Shown here: piece by piece, positions 53,567 to 63,920 of the stretch
How positions within the stretch are numbered: the first letter of the stretch is position 1
How the letters are laid out: the number at the start of each line of letters is the position of its first letter
Origin: Candidatus Omnitrophota bacterium
GTDB lineage: Bacteria; Omnitrophota; Gorgyraeia; VGKH01
Length of the DNA: 64,000 bases
Assembly (NCBI GenBank): GCA_022703055.1
Contig: JAKLEP010000001.1
Span: 474,850 to 538,849 of the forward strand
Reading direction: 5' to 3'
Position numbers and translations under genes: made by a program
The notes under the pieces: model-generated
Told to the model about the DNA's origin: nothing
The model's input: only the letters and a program-made list of their open reading frames with translations
The model's database searches: none

Positions 53567-54228
53567 AAGAAGGAATTCTTATTATTGATAAGCCTCAAGG
53601 CATCACTTCCCATGATGTGGTCAACTCCGTAAGAAGAAAACTTGGTATTAAAAGAGTGGGGCATGCCGGAACTCTCGATCCCATAGCCACCGGTTTATTA
53701 ATAATCCTGGTTGGTAAGGTAACCAAGTCTTTCAATAAATTTGTAAATTTTGACAAGGAATACTTGGCGACTTTGACTCTGGGAAAACGTACTGATACCG
53801 GGGATGCCTTAGGAAATGTCGTTAAAACTGAACCTTTTGGTCACATCACTCAAGAGAAAGTCAAAGAAGTATCCAATTCGTTTGTGGGAGACATCGAGCA
53901 GATCCCGCCAATGGTTTCTGCTCTAAAATATAAGGGCAAAAGGCTTTACAGCTTAGCGAAAAAAGGCATCAGCGTGCCTCGCGAATCAAGAAAAATAAAG
54001 ATTCATTCTTTAGAAATTATAAAATTCTCTCTCCCAGACGTGGATTTGCGAATAGCCTGTTCAAAGGGGACTTATATCCGTAAGCTCGGAGAGGATATGG
54101 GCGAATTACTTGGCTGTGGAGCCCATATATCACAAATCAGAAGAACTGCTATAGGCCCTTTTAGAATAGAAGAGGCAATTAAGCTTGAAGAAGTCGATGA
54201 AAGTTTATTACGGAATTGGCCAGTTTAA
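53563..54228 (+). CDS. truB: tRNA pseudouridine(55) synthase
   Basis: GILIIDKPQGITSHDVV and VGHAGTLDPIATGLL. ATG 53563 overlaps the nrnA stop (ATGA). Confidence 0.9.
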   Translation: MKEGILIIDKPQGITSHDVVNSVRRKLGIKRVGHAGTLDPIATGLLIILVGKVTKSFNKFVNFDKEYLATLTLGKRTDTGDALGNVVKTEPFGHITQEKVKEVSNSFVGDIEQIPPMVSALKYKGKRLYSLAKKGISVPRESRKIKIHSLEIIKFSLPDVDLRIACSKGTYIRKLGEDMGELLGCGAHISQIRRTAIGPFRIEEAIKLEEVDESLLRNWPV

Positions 54229-55132
54229 AAGTAAAATTAGTAAACCTATACTAGCCATTGGAATTTTTGATGGAGTCCATTTAGGCCATCAGTATATAAT
54301 TAAGAAAATTGTCAGGGAATCTCTTCGAACAAATGGCGCTAGCGTTGTTTTAACTTTCTTTCCGCATCCCTACCATATCTTGAAACCAAAAAGATATCTA
54401 CCGCTTTTAATTTCATTGGAACATAGATTAAAGTTATTAGCAGACCTGGGAGTCGATGTTTGTATTGTACAGGATTTTACTACACAGTTTGCCGGGATTC
54501 ATAAAAATGAGTTTATAAGGGACTTTCTTTTTAGAAAATTAAAGCCTGTTGAGATTTTTGTAGGGAAAGATTTTACTTTTGGCAGGAGAAAATCTGGGAA
54601 TGTAAAACTTTTGTATAAATTAAGCGATACCTATAATTATAAAACTAGAGTAGTCTCACCGATAATTATCGACGGAAAGAGAATAAGCAGCACATTTATT
54701 CGCAAATTAATTATCAGCGGGAATCTAAAAACGGCTGCTAGATTTCTCGGTAGGCCGGTTTCGATTTTTGGAAGGATAATCAAGGGATCGCGTCGCGGAA
54801 AAATATTAGGTTTTCCCACCGCTAATATAGACTATAGGCATGAGATATTACCGCCTAGAGGAGTATATGCTGTTAGGTTAAATTTAGACAAAGAAAAACT
54901 TTTCGGAGTTGCAAATTTGGGTTTTCGCCCATCATTTGAAAAATCAAATAAAAAGAATAAGGTTGTCGCGGAGGTTTATATATTTGATTTTGATAAGAAT
55001 ATCTATGGCAGGACTGCGGAATTAGAGTTTATTAAACGAATCCGCGCGGAAAAGAAATTTAAAAACAGGCAGCATTTAATTTATCAAATAGAGCAAGACA
55101 TTAAGAAAGCTAAGCAATTCTTCAGAATATAG
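54197..55132 (+). CDS. ribF: Bifunctional riboflavin kinase / FMN adenylyltransferase
   Basis: IGIFDGVHLGHQ, plus a C-terminal kinase domain with GFPTANI and VYIFDF. Confidence 0.9.
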   Translation: MKVYYGIGQFKSKISKPILAIGIFDGVHLGHQYIIKKIVRESLRTNGASVVLTFFPHPYHILKPKRYLPLLISLEHRLKLLADLGVDVCIVQDFTTQFAGIHKNEFIRDFLFRKLKPVEIFVGKDFTFGRRKSGNVKLLYKLSDTYNYKTRVVSPIIIDGKRISSTFIRKLIISGNLKTAARFLGRPVSIFGRIIKGSRRGKILGFPTANIDYRHEILPPRGVYAVRLNLDKEKLFGVANLGFRPSFEKSNKKNKVVAEVYIFDFDKNIYGRTAELEFIKRIRAEKKFKNRQHLIYQIEQDIKKAKQFFRI

Positions 55133-55237
55133 CCTTTTTTCCCACCACAACCCACACCTTAAATCACAATATATAGTTGTATAGCTAGATTTTTTCCACT
55201 ATTTATTGTGCTACAATAAAATAAGGCAAAATTTCTC

Positions 55238-55265
55238 TTGACAAAGCCCGCACAAGTAGTAGAAT
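55238..55265 (+). promoter_or_regulatory. Candidate dcw (Pmra-like) promoter
   Basis: TTGACA 55238-55243, 16-nt spacer, TAGAAT 55260-55265. Confidence 0.6.
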
Positions 55266-55273
55266 TTGACTAT

Positions 55274-55308
55274 AAAGTGCCATAAAGTGGAGGGAAGTGG
55301 CAAAGTGT
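55274..55308 (+). promoter_or_regulatory. Array of AAGTG repeats, candidate MraZ operator
   Basis: AAGTG occurs at 55275, 55285, 55295 (exact 10-bp phasing) and 55303. The array lies just downstream of the -10 and upstream of mraZ. Confidence 0.55.
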
Positions 55309-55335
55309 CAAAACTTTTTAAACTTTTGAAAGAAT

Positions 55336-55770
55336 ATGTTTTACGGTGAATATCTCCATACATTAGATAGAAAAGGCCGCATAATCCTGCCATCAAAATT
55401 CCGTGATGCCGCAAAAGCAAATTTCGTTGAAAAATTTTATTTAACAAGAGGTCTCGATAAATGTTTATTCATGTTCGCTGAAGAAGAGTGGAAGCTTCAG
55501 GAACAGAAATTTAGAACAATGTCTTTTACTAAACAAGAATCTCGGAAATTTAACAGAATATATTTTTCCGGGGCAGTTGAAATTATCCCCGATAAACAGG
55601 GAAGAATTTTAGTCCCGCAATACCTGAAAGATTTCGCCGGAATAAGGCGAGATGTAATTATTATTGGTGTATCAAATAGAATCGAAATCTGGAGCAAGGA
55701 CTCCTGGGGGGAATTTTATAATTCATCCAAGGAATCTTTTGAGGATATAGCAGAGAAGTTGATTGAGTAG
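55336..55770 (+). CDS. mraZ: Transcriptional regulator MraZ
   Basis: MFYGEYLHTLDRKGRIILPSKFR, with a second SpoVT/AbrB-like repeat DKQGRILVPQYL. Confidence 0.95.
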   Translation: MFYGEYLHTLDRKGRIILPSKFRDAAKANFVEKFYLTRGLDKCLFMFAEEEWKLQEQKFRTMSFTKQESRKFNRIYFSGAVEIIPDKQGRILVPQYLKDFAGIRRDVIIIGVSNRIEIWSKDSWGEFYNSSKESFEDIAEKLIE

Positions 55771-55776
55771 AAAGAA

Positions 55777-56661
55777 ATGGAGCATAAGCCTGTTATGCGA
55801 GAAGAAATAGCAAACTATATGAATCTCAATCCGGGCCAAGTAGTCCTTGACTGTACGATAGGTACAGGTGGACACGCCCAGGAGATCCTCAAGAAAATTG
55901 CTCCTCAAGGGAGACTTATCGGCGTCGATAGAGATGCGGACTCCCTATCAATAGCTGACAAAAATTTAAAAGACTTTAATGGGTTTTATACTCTTGTCAA
56001 AGATGATTTTAGGCATTTGGACAGGATATTGGAGAATCTAAAAATACAAAATATAGATGGGATACTGTTTGATTTAGGTATTTCATCATTTCAGCTGGAT
56101 AATGCCAAAAGAGGATTTAGCATAAGAGAAGATGGTCCGCTGGATATGCGCATGGATAAAGACAGCTATATTTCTGCTTACGATTTAGTTAACTCTTTGT
56201 CTGAAACAGAGATTTCGGGTATATTGAAGAACTTCGGTCAAGAGAGATGGCATAACCGTATCGCACATTACCTGGTTGAAGAAAGGAATAGGGCCCCGAT
56301 TTCAACTACTAAACAACTTTCAGATCTAGTAATGAAAGCGGTAGGTTATAGATACGGCGCACAAAAGATACATCCGGCTACGCGGACTTTTCAAGCATTT
56401 CGGATTGCCGTCAATCGAGAGCTGGAGGCACTTGATATGGCCCTTGACAAGGCTGTACGATCCTTGAATAAAGGCGGCAGGATTTGTGTGATTTCTTTTC
56501 ACTCTTTGGAAGACAAGATAGTTAAGGAAAGGTTCCGTAAGTTTTCGCGAGAAGGCATCTTAACGATTATTACTAAAAAACCTTTGAGGTCTTCTGAAAG
56601 TGAAATAGCAGAAAATATTCGCTCAAGAAGCGCCCGTTTGCGGGTAGCTGAAAGGATATAG
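55777..56661 (+). CDS. rsmH: 16S rRNA (cytosine1402-N4)-methyltransferase
   Basis: HKPVM, DCTIGTGGHA, DLGISSFQLD and SFHSLEDKIVK. Confidence 0.95.
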   Translation: MEHKPVMREEIANYMNLNPGQVVLDCTIGTGGHAQEILKKIAPQGRLIGVDRDADSLSIADKNLKDFNGFYTLVKDDFRHLDRILENLKIQNIDGILFDLGISSFQLDNAKRGFSIREDGPLDMRMDKDSYISAYDLVNSLSETEISGILKNFGQERWHNRIAHYLVEERNRAPISTTKQLSDLVMKAVGYRYGAQKIHPATRTFQAFRIAVNRELEALDMALDKAVRSLNKGGRICVISFHSLEDKIVKERFRKFSREGILTIITKKPLRSSESEIAENIRSRSARLRVAERI

Positions 56662-57054
56662 ATGAGGTTAAGCAGATTCTTTGTGATACTTATATTAGTG
56701 ACAATGATCAGCCTGCTTTATGTGCAGATGCAGGTTGCCATTTTTCAGTCTGCCTATGCCGCAAGCGATAAAGAAAGCCAAGTGCGCGACTTGCTTGATA
56801 CCAAAACCGTTCTAGTGTATAATATAAACCGATTAGAGTCGGCCCAAAATATAGGCAATAAAGTACTTTGTTCCAAAACCGACCTTCAGTTTACGGCCGA
56901 AGACCAGATAGCATCTTTAAAGTTGCCGGCTCAATTGGCTAAGTCTTGGAGAGTTAATTCATCAGTACGGCAGTCCCATCCAAGATATAATTTATTTGCT
57001 TATTTATTTAATTTAGGTTCTCAGGCAGAAGCTACAGAGAGAATCAGAAAGTAA
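56662..57054 (+). CDS. ftsL: FtsL-like cell division protein (position-based)
   Basis: 130 aa with a single N-terminal TM helix, in the canonical slot between rsmH and ftsI. No sequence motif. Confidence 0.5.
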   Translation: MRLSRFFVILILVTMISLLYVQMQVAIFQSAYAASDKESQVRDLLDTKTVLVYNINRLESAQNIGNKVLCSKTDLQFTAEDQIASLKLPAQLAKSWRVNSSVRQSHPRYNLFAYLFNLGSQAEATERIRK

Positions 57055-57063
57055 TATAAAATT

Positions 57064-58779
57064 GTGTTTATTAAGAAAACCCCCAACCGCCTCAGGGCGG
57101 TTATTTCCTTTCTTTTATTAGCCCTATTTTTTTTCTCAATTAAACTAATCCTCATACAGATTTTTAGGTCTGACCATCTTCGCAAGATTGCCCAGAAGCA
57201 ACATAATTTGTTGTTGGAATTGGAGCCTGAAAGGGGCATAATCTACGACCGGCATATGAGGCCGCTTTCGACTAATCTTCCCGCGCAATCTTTATACGCC
57301 GTACCGTCTAAAATAAAAAATAAAAATGATTTGGCAGAAAAACTCGCCAGAATTACTGGCCAAAGCAAAGATTCATTTCTTGATAGATTAAACCGTAAGA
57401 AAGCTTTTATTTGGCTGGCAAGAAAATTGCCTGGCAGGCAATATGAAGAAATAAAGAAAATAAATTCAGATGGCTTGGGTTTTAGGCGCGAGACAAAAAG
57501 GTATTATCCGAATGCCCAATTAGCTTCGCAGATCATCGGCTTCGCAGGGCTGGATAATATCGGCCTCGAGGGGATTGAGCTTTCTTTCGATAAATATCTT
57601 AAAGGAAAACTTGGCTGGTGTTTGCTTCTTCGGGATGCGAAACAACGGGGGATAATGCTCGAAGAAGAATTTGTTCCTTCCCAAGATGGCAATGATATTG
57701 TTTTAACAATCGACGAAACAATCCAATTTATCGCCGAGAGAGCGCTTGACGAAACATTCAAAAAACACAATGCTAGGGGAGCGACTATCGTAGTAATTAA
57801 TCCCAAAACAGGAGAGATATTAGCCTTGGCAAACCGGCCAACGTTCGATCTTAATAATTTTGATAATTCGATAGCAGAGTCTCATAGGAATAGGGCTATA
57901 TGCGATTTCTACGAACCTGGTTCAGTATTTAAGATTGTCACCGCTTCAGCTGCTTTAGAGGAAAATAAGGTACAAGAGACAGATAAATTCTTCTGTGAGA
58001 ATGGCTCATACAAAGTCGCTAATCACATATTACATGATTATCGTCCGCATGGCACTTTGACATTTAAAGAAGTTATGATGCAATCAAGCAATATTGGCGT
58101 TACAAAAGTGGCTCAGATTCTGGGTCCAGAGCTCGTATACAAATATGCTAAGCTTTTTGGTTTCGGTTCTCTGACAGGGATAGATTTGCCCGGAGAGGTA
58201 CAAGGTCAGAATAAGCCTCCGGAAAAATGGTCCAAGACTTCTATCGGAGCTGTACCTATTGGACAAGAGGTATGCGTTACGGCAATTCAATTGGTTACCG
58301 CAATATCTGCTATAGCCAATGATGGGGTTCTGATGCGGCCTTTTGTGATTAAGCGCATACAAGATAAAAAGGGCGAGATAATTAAAGAGTTCCATCCGCA
58401 AGAAATAAGGAGAGTCATAACCGAAAAAACAGCGGCAAGAATGAAGGATATATTGGCTGCGGTAGTTGCTGAAGGAACAGGAAGGGGAGGTCAGATACCA
58501 GGATACAGAGCAGCCGGCAAAACCGGTACCGCCCAGAAAGTTGAAAATGGCGTGTATTCTCATTCGAAGTTCACGGCTACTTTTATGGGGTTTGTTCCAG
58601 TGGAAGATCCTAAACTTGCAATTGTAGTTTCTGTCGATGAGCCGCATCCTGCATATTTAGGAGGAACTGTTTCGGCGCCGGTTTTTAAGAGAGTTGCCGA
58701 GGATTCTTTGAAGTATTTGAAAAGCTTAGAAGAAATGGAATTGGTAGACTTAAATGAAAATAAAAGAGCTGCTCGATAA
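57064..58779 (+). CDS. ftsI: Peptidoglycan D,D-transpeptidase FtsI (class B PBP)
   Basis: TM anchor, dimerisation domain, SVFK (SxxK), SSN and KTGT. Confidence 0.9.
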   Translation: MFIKKTPNRLRAVISFLLLALFFFSIKLILIQIFRSDHLRKIAQKQHNLLLELEPERGIIYDRHMRPLSTNLPAQSLYAVPSKIKNKNDLAEKLARITGQSKDSFLDRLNRKKAFIWLARKLPGRQYEEIKKINSDGLGFRRETKRYYPNAQLASQIIGFAGLDNIGLEGIELSFDKYLKGKLGWCLLLRDAKQRGIMLEEEFVPSQDGNDIVLTIDETIQFIAERALDETFKKHNARGATIVVINPKTGEILALANRPTFDLNNFDNSIAESHRNRAICDFYEPGSVFKIVTASAALEENKVQETDKFFCENGSYKVANHILHDYRPHGTLTFKEVMMQSSNIGVTKVAQILGPELVYKYAKLFGFGSLTGIDLPGEVQGQNKPPEKWSKTSIGAVPIGQEVCVTAIQLVTAISAIANDGVLMRPFVIKRIQDKKGEIIKEFHPQEIRRVITEKTAARMKDILAAVVAEGTGRGGQIPGYRAAGKTGTAQKVENGVYSHSKFTATFMGFVPVEDPKLAIVVSVDEPHPAYLGGTVSAPVFKRVAEDSLKYLKSLEEMELVDLNENKRAAR

Positions 58780-60205
58780 TCTAGATAATATTCCGGATTT
58801 AGAAATTAATGAAATAAATACCGATTCAAATTTAGTTAAGCCAGGCGATATTTTTGTTGCGATCAAAGGTGCCGAGCAGGACGGTCATAAGTTCATAAAA
58901 GACGCGGTCAGAAATGGCGCAATCTGCGTGGTAAAAGAGAAAAATAGTCCTGCCCCTAAAGACTTAGACTTAAATAAAACCATTATTATCAATGTTCCCG
59001 ATACCCGCAAAGCAATTTCAGAGTTAGCGGCAAGATTCTATAGGTTTCCTTCCAAGAAATTAAAAGTAATCGGCGTAACCGGTACCAATGGCAAAACCAC
59101 AATTACCTACCTTATCAAAAGTGTTTTAGAAGAAGCCAACTTTCCTGCCGGTCTTCTTGGCACTATAGATTATGAATTCAAGAATATGACTCTTCCGTCG
59201 ATCAATACGACCCCTGGCGCACTCGAAATGCAGGCATTCTTAGCTAAGATGGAAAAGGAAAAGTTAAGGTATTGCGTCATGGAGGCGTCTTCGCATTCCT
59301 TAGAGCAGGACAGGGTTAGGGATGTTAACTTTCATATCGCTATTTTTACTAATCTTACTCAAGACCATTTGGATTACCATCATAACTTGGAGGAATATTT
59401 TGAAGCTAAAGCAAAATTATTTACAAATTTGAGTCCTAAAGCTTACGCTGTTGTGAATATTGACGATCCATATTCAACCCGGCTATTGAAAATGACTAAA
59501 GCCAAGAAAATTACTTTTGGCTTAACTAAAAGATCTCAGATAACTGCTACTAATATTAAGCTAGGAATTAAAGGAAGCGATTTTAAAGTAATTACTCCTA
59601 AAGGAAGTTTTACAATAAAAACTAAATTGATAGGTAGGCACAATATCTATAATATTCTTTCGGCGGTCGCTGTTGGTTTTATCGAGGGCATAAGATTTGA
59701 TACGATTAAAAAAGGCATCGAACGGATAGATTGTGTCGCAGGAAGGCTTGAGGCGATAGAAGAAGGCCAGAGGTTCGGAGTGTTTGTCGATTACGCCCAT
59801 ACGGAAGATGCCCTTAAAAACGTTCTGACCTCTTTAAAAGAGTTTCACAAAGGCAGGATCATCGTAGTTTTTGGCTGCGGCGGCCAACGCGACACAGGCA
59901 AGCGGCCTAAAATGGGAAAATTAGTCAGCGAGATAGCGGATTATTTTATTATTACTAATGATAATCCCAGGAAGGAAGACCCGCGTAAAATACTACGGGA
60001 TATATTAAAAGGCATAAAAACCAAGAATTACGATGTGATTTTAGATAGAGAAAAGGCTATTGAGAAAGCAATTAAGATGGCTGGAGAGAATGATACGGTT
60101 TTAATCGCTGGAAAAGGCCATGAAACCTGTCAGATATTAAAAAATAAAAGCTTAGCCTTCGACGACAGAGAAGTGACAAGAAGGATACTAAATTGTTTAA
60201 AGTAA
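58754..60205 (+). CDS. murE: UDP-N-acetylmuramoyl-L-alanyl-D-glutamate--2,6-diaminopimelate ligase
   Basis: GVTGTNGKTT, a Mur ligase middle domain, and a DNPR-type motif (NDNPRKEDP). Confidence 0.9.
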   Translation: MKIKELLDNLDNIPDLEINEINTDSNLVKPGDIFVAIKGAEQDGHKFIKDAVRNGAICVVKEKNSPAPKDLDLNKTIIINVPDTRKAISELAARFYRFPSKKLKVIGVTGTNGKTTITYLIKSVLEEANFPAGLLGTIDYEFKNMTLPSINTTPGALEMQAFLAKMEKEKLRYCVMEASSHSLEQDRVRDVNFHIAIFTNLTQDHLDYHHNLEEYFEAKAKLFTNLSPKAYAVVNIDDPYSTRLLKMTKAKKITFGLTKRSQITATNIKLGIKGSDFKVITPKGSFTIKTKLIGRHNIYNILSAVAVGFIEGIRFDTIKKGIERIDCVAGRLEAIEEGQRFGVFVDYAHTEDALKNVLTSLKEFHKGRIIVVFGCGGQRDTGKRPKMGKLVSEIADYFIITNDNPRKEDPRKILRDILKGIKTKNYDVILDREKAIEKAIKMAGENDTVLIAGKGHETCQILKNKSLAFDDREVTRRILNCLK

Positions 60206-61557
60206 AAGATATATTGGAAGCTACCGGAGGGAGGCTGCTTCAAGGCAGCTCTGGTGCTACTTTCAAAAACATTTCCACAGATACCAGAAGTATAAAGCCA
60301 AAAGAATTATTTCTTGCCATTAAAGGAGAAAACTTTAATGGCCATTCTTTTATAAAGAAAGCGATAGAAAATAAGGCTTTTGGAGTCATCATTTCCGAGC
60401 GCAGAAAAAGTTCTTTCCCTAAAGATTTCGTTGTCATTTTAGTTAATGATACTGTTAAGGCGCTTGGAGATATAGCCAATTTCCATCGCAGGAAATTCAA
60501 GATACCCGTGATTGCAGTCACAGGCAGTAACGGCAAGACTACTACTAAAGATATGATCGCGCATATCTTGGCACAAGAATATAATGTTTTATCTGCACAG
60601 GGTACGCATAATAATAACATCGGCGTTCCATCGACATTATTGCAGCTCAATAAAAAACACGAAGTAGCCGTTTTGGAACTCGGAACAAATCATAAAGGAG
60701 AGATACTTAATCTTTCTGCGATAGCTTTACCTGATATCGCTGTGTTCACTAATATCGGGCCTTCGCATTTAGAATTTTTTAGGAATACAAAAGCAGTCTT
60801 TGCAGAAAAATTCACTCTGCTGAAGAATTTAAAATTAAAAGGTGTTGTCGTTATAAATAAAGATGACTGTTTTCTTAGAAATATCGATACCGATTATAAA
60901 ATAATGTTTAAAATTCTAGGATACAGCATAAAAAATAGCTCTCAGTTTAGAGCAACGAAAATTAATTTAGGATTTGATTCTTTGGAGTTTTTGTTAAATA
61001 ATAAGACTTGGGTCCGGTTGAATACACCGGCAGAGCATAATATCTATAATGCCTTAGCGGCCATAGCTTGTACCGATGCCCTTAAGGTAGATAAAGCTGT
61101 AGCCAAACGGGCATTGGAAAGTTTTGTTTTCCCGAAATCGCGCTTCAATTTTATCAAAATAAAAGATTTTTCTTTGATAGACGATTCGTATAATTCTAAT
61201 CCGCTTTCTTTGGAAAGCGCGATCAAAGTAATGTCCCGATACAATTCCGGACGTAAGATTTTAATCTGCGGAGACATGCTGGAGCTCGGTAAGGACAGCA
61301 TAAAATTTCATTACGACTTAGGTAGAAAGCTTGGCAGCTATGGAATCGACGTATTAATTACCGTGGGGAAACTGGCCAAGTTTATGGCTAAAGGTGCCAG
61401 TAGTAAGAAAATAAGTATTTTTACTTTTGATTCAGTAGATAAGGCAGCAAATAAACTTATTGAAACAATAAACCCTCAAGACATGATTCTTATCAAGGGC
61501 TCAAGATTGTTAAGAATGGAAAGAATAGTCGAAGAGGTAAAAAAACAGTTTAGTTAG
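60193..61557 (+). CDS. murF: UDP-N-acetylmuramoyl-tripeptide--D-alanyl-D-alanine ligase
   Basis: AVTGSNGKTTTKDM, DDSYNSNP and a TTG start. Confidence 0.9.
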   Translation: MFKVKDILEATGGRLLQGSSGATFKNISTDTRSIKPKELFLAIKGENFNGHSFIKKAIENKAFGVIISERRKSSFPKDFVVILVNDTVKALGDIANFHRRKFKIPVIAVTGSNGKTTTKDMIAHILAQEYNVLSAQGTHNNNIGVPSTLLQLNKKHEVAVLELGTNHKGEILNLSAIALPDIAVFTNIGPSHLEFFRNTKAVFAEKFTLLKNLKLKGVVVINKDDCFLRNIDTDYKIMFKILGYSIKNSSQFRATKINLGFDSLEFLLNNKTWVRLNTPAEHNIYNALAAIACTDALKVDKAVAKRALESFVFPKSRFNFIKIKDFSLIDDSYNSNPLSLESAIKVMSRYNSGRKILICGDMLELGKDSIKFHYDLGRKLGSYGIDVLITVGKLAKFMAKGASSKKISIFTFDSVDKAANKLIETINPQDMILIKGSRLLRMERIVEEVKKQFS

Positions 61558-61570
61558 GAGAGTACTCGCA

Positions 61571-62659
61571 ATGTTCTATCATTTTTTGTACCCATTAAGA
61601 GATATTTTCTTTGGTTTTAACGTCCTTCATTATATTACCTTTAGGGCAGCAATGGCGGCAGTTACGGCTTTTGTCTTGTGTCTAATTCTCGGCCAAATAT
61701 TCATTCCAAAATTTGCCAGCCATAAGATTCGTGAGAAAGTTAAGAAGGAAGATAGCGATAAGCTGGATATTTTGCACGGCCATAAAGCCGGCACCCCAAC
61801 AATGGGGGGAGTTTTTATTTTATTGAGTTTGTTTATAACGGTTTTGTTATGGGCAGACCTGACAAACAAATTTATATTACTTTCTCTATTTGTCAGTCTG
61901 TATTTAGGTCTTCTTGGAGCTAAAGATGATCTTTTAAAGCAAAAAGGAAAAGTTTCTAAAGGTTTATCGGCAAAGGCAAAATTATTTTGGCAAGTTCTGT
62001 TAGGTTTGATAGTGGGGGCAGTCCTCTATCTAGACCCTAATTTTTCATTGAATCTCAGCCTTCCTTTCTTGAAAAATGTAGTAATTGATGCAGGCCTGTT
62101 TTATATTCTCTTTGCCGCTCTTGTGATTGTAGCCACGTCTAATGCGGTGAATATTACTGACGGTCTTGATGGATTAGCCATTGGCTGCATCAGCATATCC
62201 GCCTTAACCATAGCAATCTTGAGTTATATAAGCGGTAACTTGAAATTTAGCGAATATCTATTCCTACCTTACATACAAGACGCCGGAGAGCTCACTGTTT
62301 ATTGTTCAGCTATCTTTGGCGCAAGTTTAGGTTTTCTTTGGTATAATTGCCATCCGGCTGAAATATTTATGGGCGATGTGGGTTCGCTTGCACTCGGAGG
62401 TACACTTGGTGCGATCGCTATATTTATTAAAAAGGAATTTCTTTTGGTCCTTTTGGGCGGAATATTCGTTATTGAGGCGGCTTCGGTAATTTTGCAGGTT
62501 GGCTCATTTAAATTAAGAAAAAAGCGTATATTTAAAATTGCCCCGCTACACCATCATTTTCAGTTTCTGGGTTGGGATGAGTCCAAAGTTATTATAAGAT
62601 TTTGGATAATTGCCATAATTCTAGCCTTAATCACATTAGCCACGTTAAAATTAAGATAA
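61571..62659 (+). CDS. mraY: Phospho-N-acetylmuramoyl-pentapeptide transferase
   Basis: HKAGTPTMGG, NAVNITDGLDGLA and PLHHHF. Confidence 0.95.
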   Translation: MFYHFLYPLRDIFFGFNVLHYITFRAAMAAVTAFVLCLILGQIFIPKFASHKIREKVKKEDSDKLDILHGHKAGTPTMGGVFILLSLFITVLLWADLTNKFILLSLFVSLYLGLLGAKDDLLKQKGKVSKGLSAKAKLFWQVLLGLIVGAVLYLDPNFSLNLSLPFLKNVVIDAGLFYILFAALVIVATSNAVNITDGLDGLAIGCISISALTIAILSYISGNLKFSEYLFLPYIQDAGELTVYCSAIFGASLGFLWYNCHPAEIFMGDVGSLALGGTLGAIAIFIKKEFLLVLLGGIFVIEAASVILQVGSFKLRKKRIFKIAPLHHHFQFLGWDESKVIIRFWIIAIILALITLATLKLR

Positions 62660-62660
62660 G

Positions 62661-63917
62661 ATGAATTTTAAGAATAAGACTATAACCGTATTTGGGTTAG
62701 CAAGAAGCGGCCTGGATGTTGCCTTGCTTTTGTCACAGATGAAAGAGGCTTCTAAAATCAAAATTACAGACGTAAATGATAATCCCGTAATAAGGGAAAA
62801 TGCCAAGAAGCTGCCTCCGAGAATAGAGGCAGAGATAGGCAGGCACAGCGAGGATTTCATTAAAGACAGCGATATTATCGTCATAAGCCCCGGCATAAGG
62901 ACTGATTTGCCGATTTTGGAGTGGGCTAGGCAAAAAGGCATAAAGGTCATTGGAGAAATCGAGCTGGGGTTTCTATTGTGTCCTGCGCCAATTGTGGCAG
63001 TTACCGGAACAAATGGAAAGACCACGGTGACAACTTTATCCTCACAGATCCTTAAATTAACCGGCAAAAACGTACATTTATGCGGCAACATTGGCAATCC
63101 TTTTTCAAGAGAAATATTAAAGATCAAGAAAGATGATTTAGTTTGTCTTGAGGTCAGTTCATTTCAACTAGAAACTATTGAGACATTCAAACCTAATGTG
63201 GCAGTGTTTTTAAATTTGAGCAGGAATCATTTAGACCGATATAATAATATGCAAGAGTATCTTGCGGCTAAAAAGCGTATTTTTATAAATCAAGACAAGA
63301 ACGATTGGGCAGTATTAAATTATGAAGATGAATCTGTAAGAAATGTATCCAAAGCAATAAAATCGCAAATCGTATTTTTTAATACCCAAGACGATAAAAA
63401 GGAAGACCTAAATTCTAATTTTTTAGCTGCCATGGCCGTAGGGAGGATTTTTGGAGTGAAAAAAGAAAAGTGCTTGGAAGTGTTTAGGGATTTTAAAGGG
63501 ATAGAGCATCGGTTGGAGTGGGTCAGAAATGTCGATGGCATCGATTTTATAAACGATTCCAAGTCTACCACCATAGAAGCCACAATTTGGGCGCTAAACA
63601 ACATAAATAAGCCGATTATTATGATTGCCGGAGGAAGGGAAAAGGGCAGTGATTTCTCGACGATCAAGCAGCAGGTCGGCGAAAAAGTTAAAGAAATCAT
63701 TCTTATTGGAGAGGCAAAACAAAAGATAAAGAAGGCTTTAGAAGGTGCTACTATGATTTTGGAGGCGGAATCCTTGCAAGATTCTGTCAGCCTGGCCCGC
63801 AGAGACGCTAAAAGAGGAGATATAATTTTATTTTCTCCGATGTGCAAAAGTTTCGATATGTTTATTGATTTCGAAGATAGAGGAAAGAAATTTAAGGAAA
63901 TAGTTAGAAATATCTAA
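62661..63917 (+). CDS. murD: UDP-N-acetylmuramoylalanine--D-glutamate ligase
   Basis: VFGLARSG, VTGTNGKTT, HRLE and NDSKSTT. Confidence 0.9.
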   Translation: MNFKNKTITVFGLARSGLDVALLLSQMKEASKIKITDVNDNPVIRENAKKLPPRIEAEIGRHSEDFIKDSDIIVISPGIRTDLPILEWARQKGIKVIGEIELGFLLCPAPIVAVTGTNGKTTVTTLSSQILKLTGKNVHLCGNIGNPFSREILKIKKDDLVCLEVSSFQLETIETFKPNVAVFLNLSRNHLDRYNNMQEYLAAKKRIFINQDKNDWAVLNYEDESVRNVSKAIKSQIVFFNTQDDKKEDLNSNFLAAMAVGRIFGVKKEKCLEVFRDFKGIEHRLEWVRNVDGIDFINDSKSTTIEATIWALNNINKPIIMIAGGREKGSDFSTIKQQVGEKVKEIILIGEAKQKIKKALEGATMILEAESLQDSVSLARRDAKRGDIILFSPMCKSFDMFIDFEDRGKKFKEIVRNI

Positions 63918-63920
63918 GAT

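Noticed and set aside
58084-63847. Long antisense ORFs in the dcw cluster (58084-58647, 60240-60650, 62651-63127, 63320-63847)
   Set aside because: They lie opposite ftsI, murF and murD, which carry complete catalytic motifs. No SD or motifs are present on the - strand.
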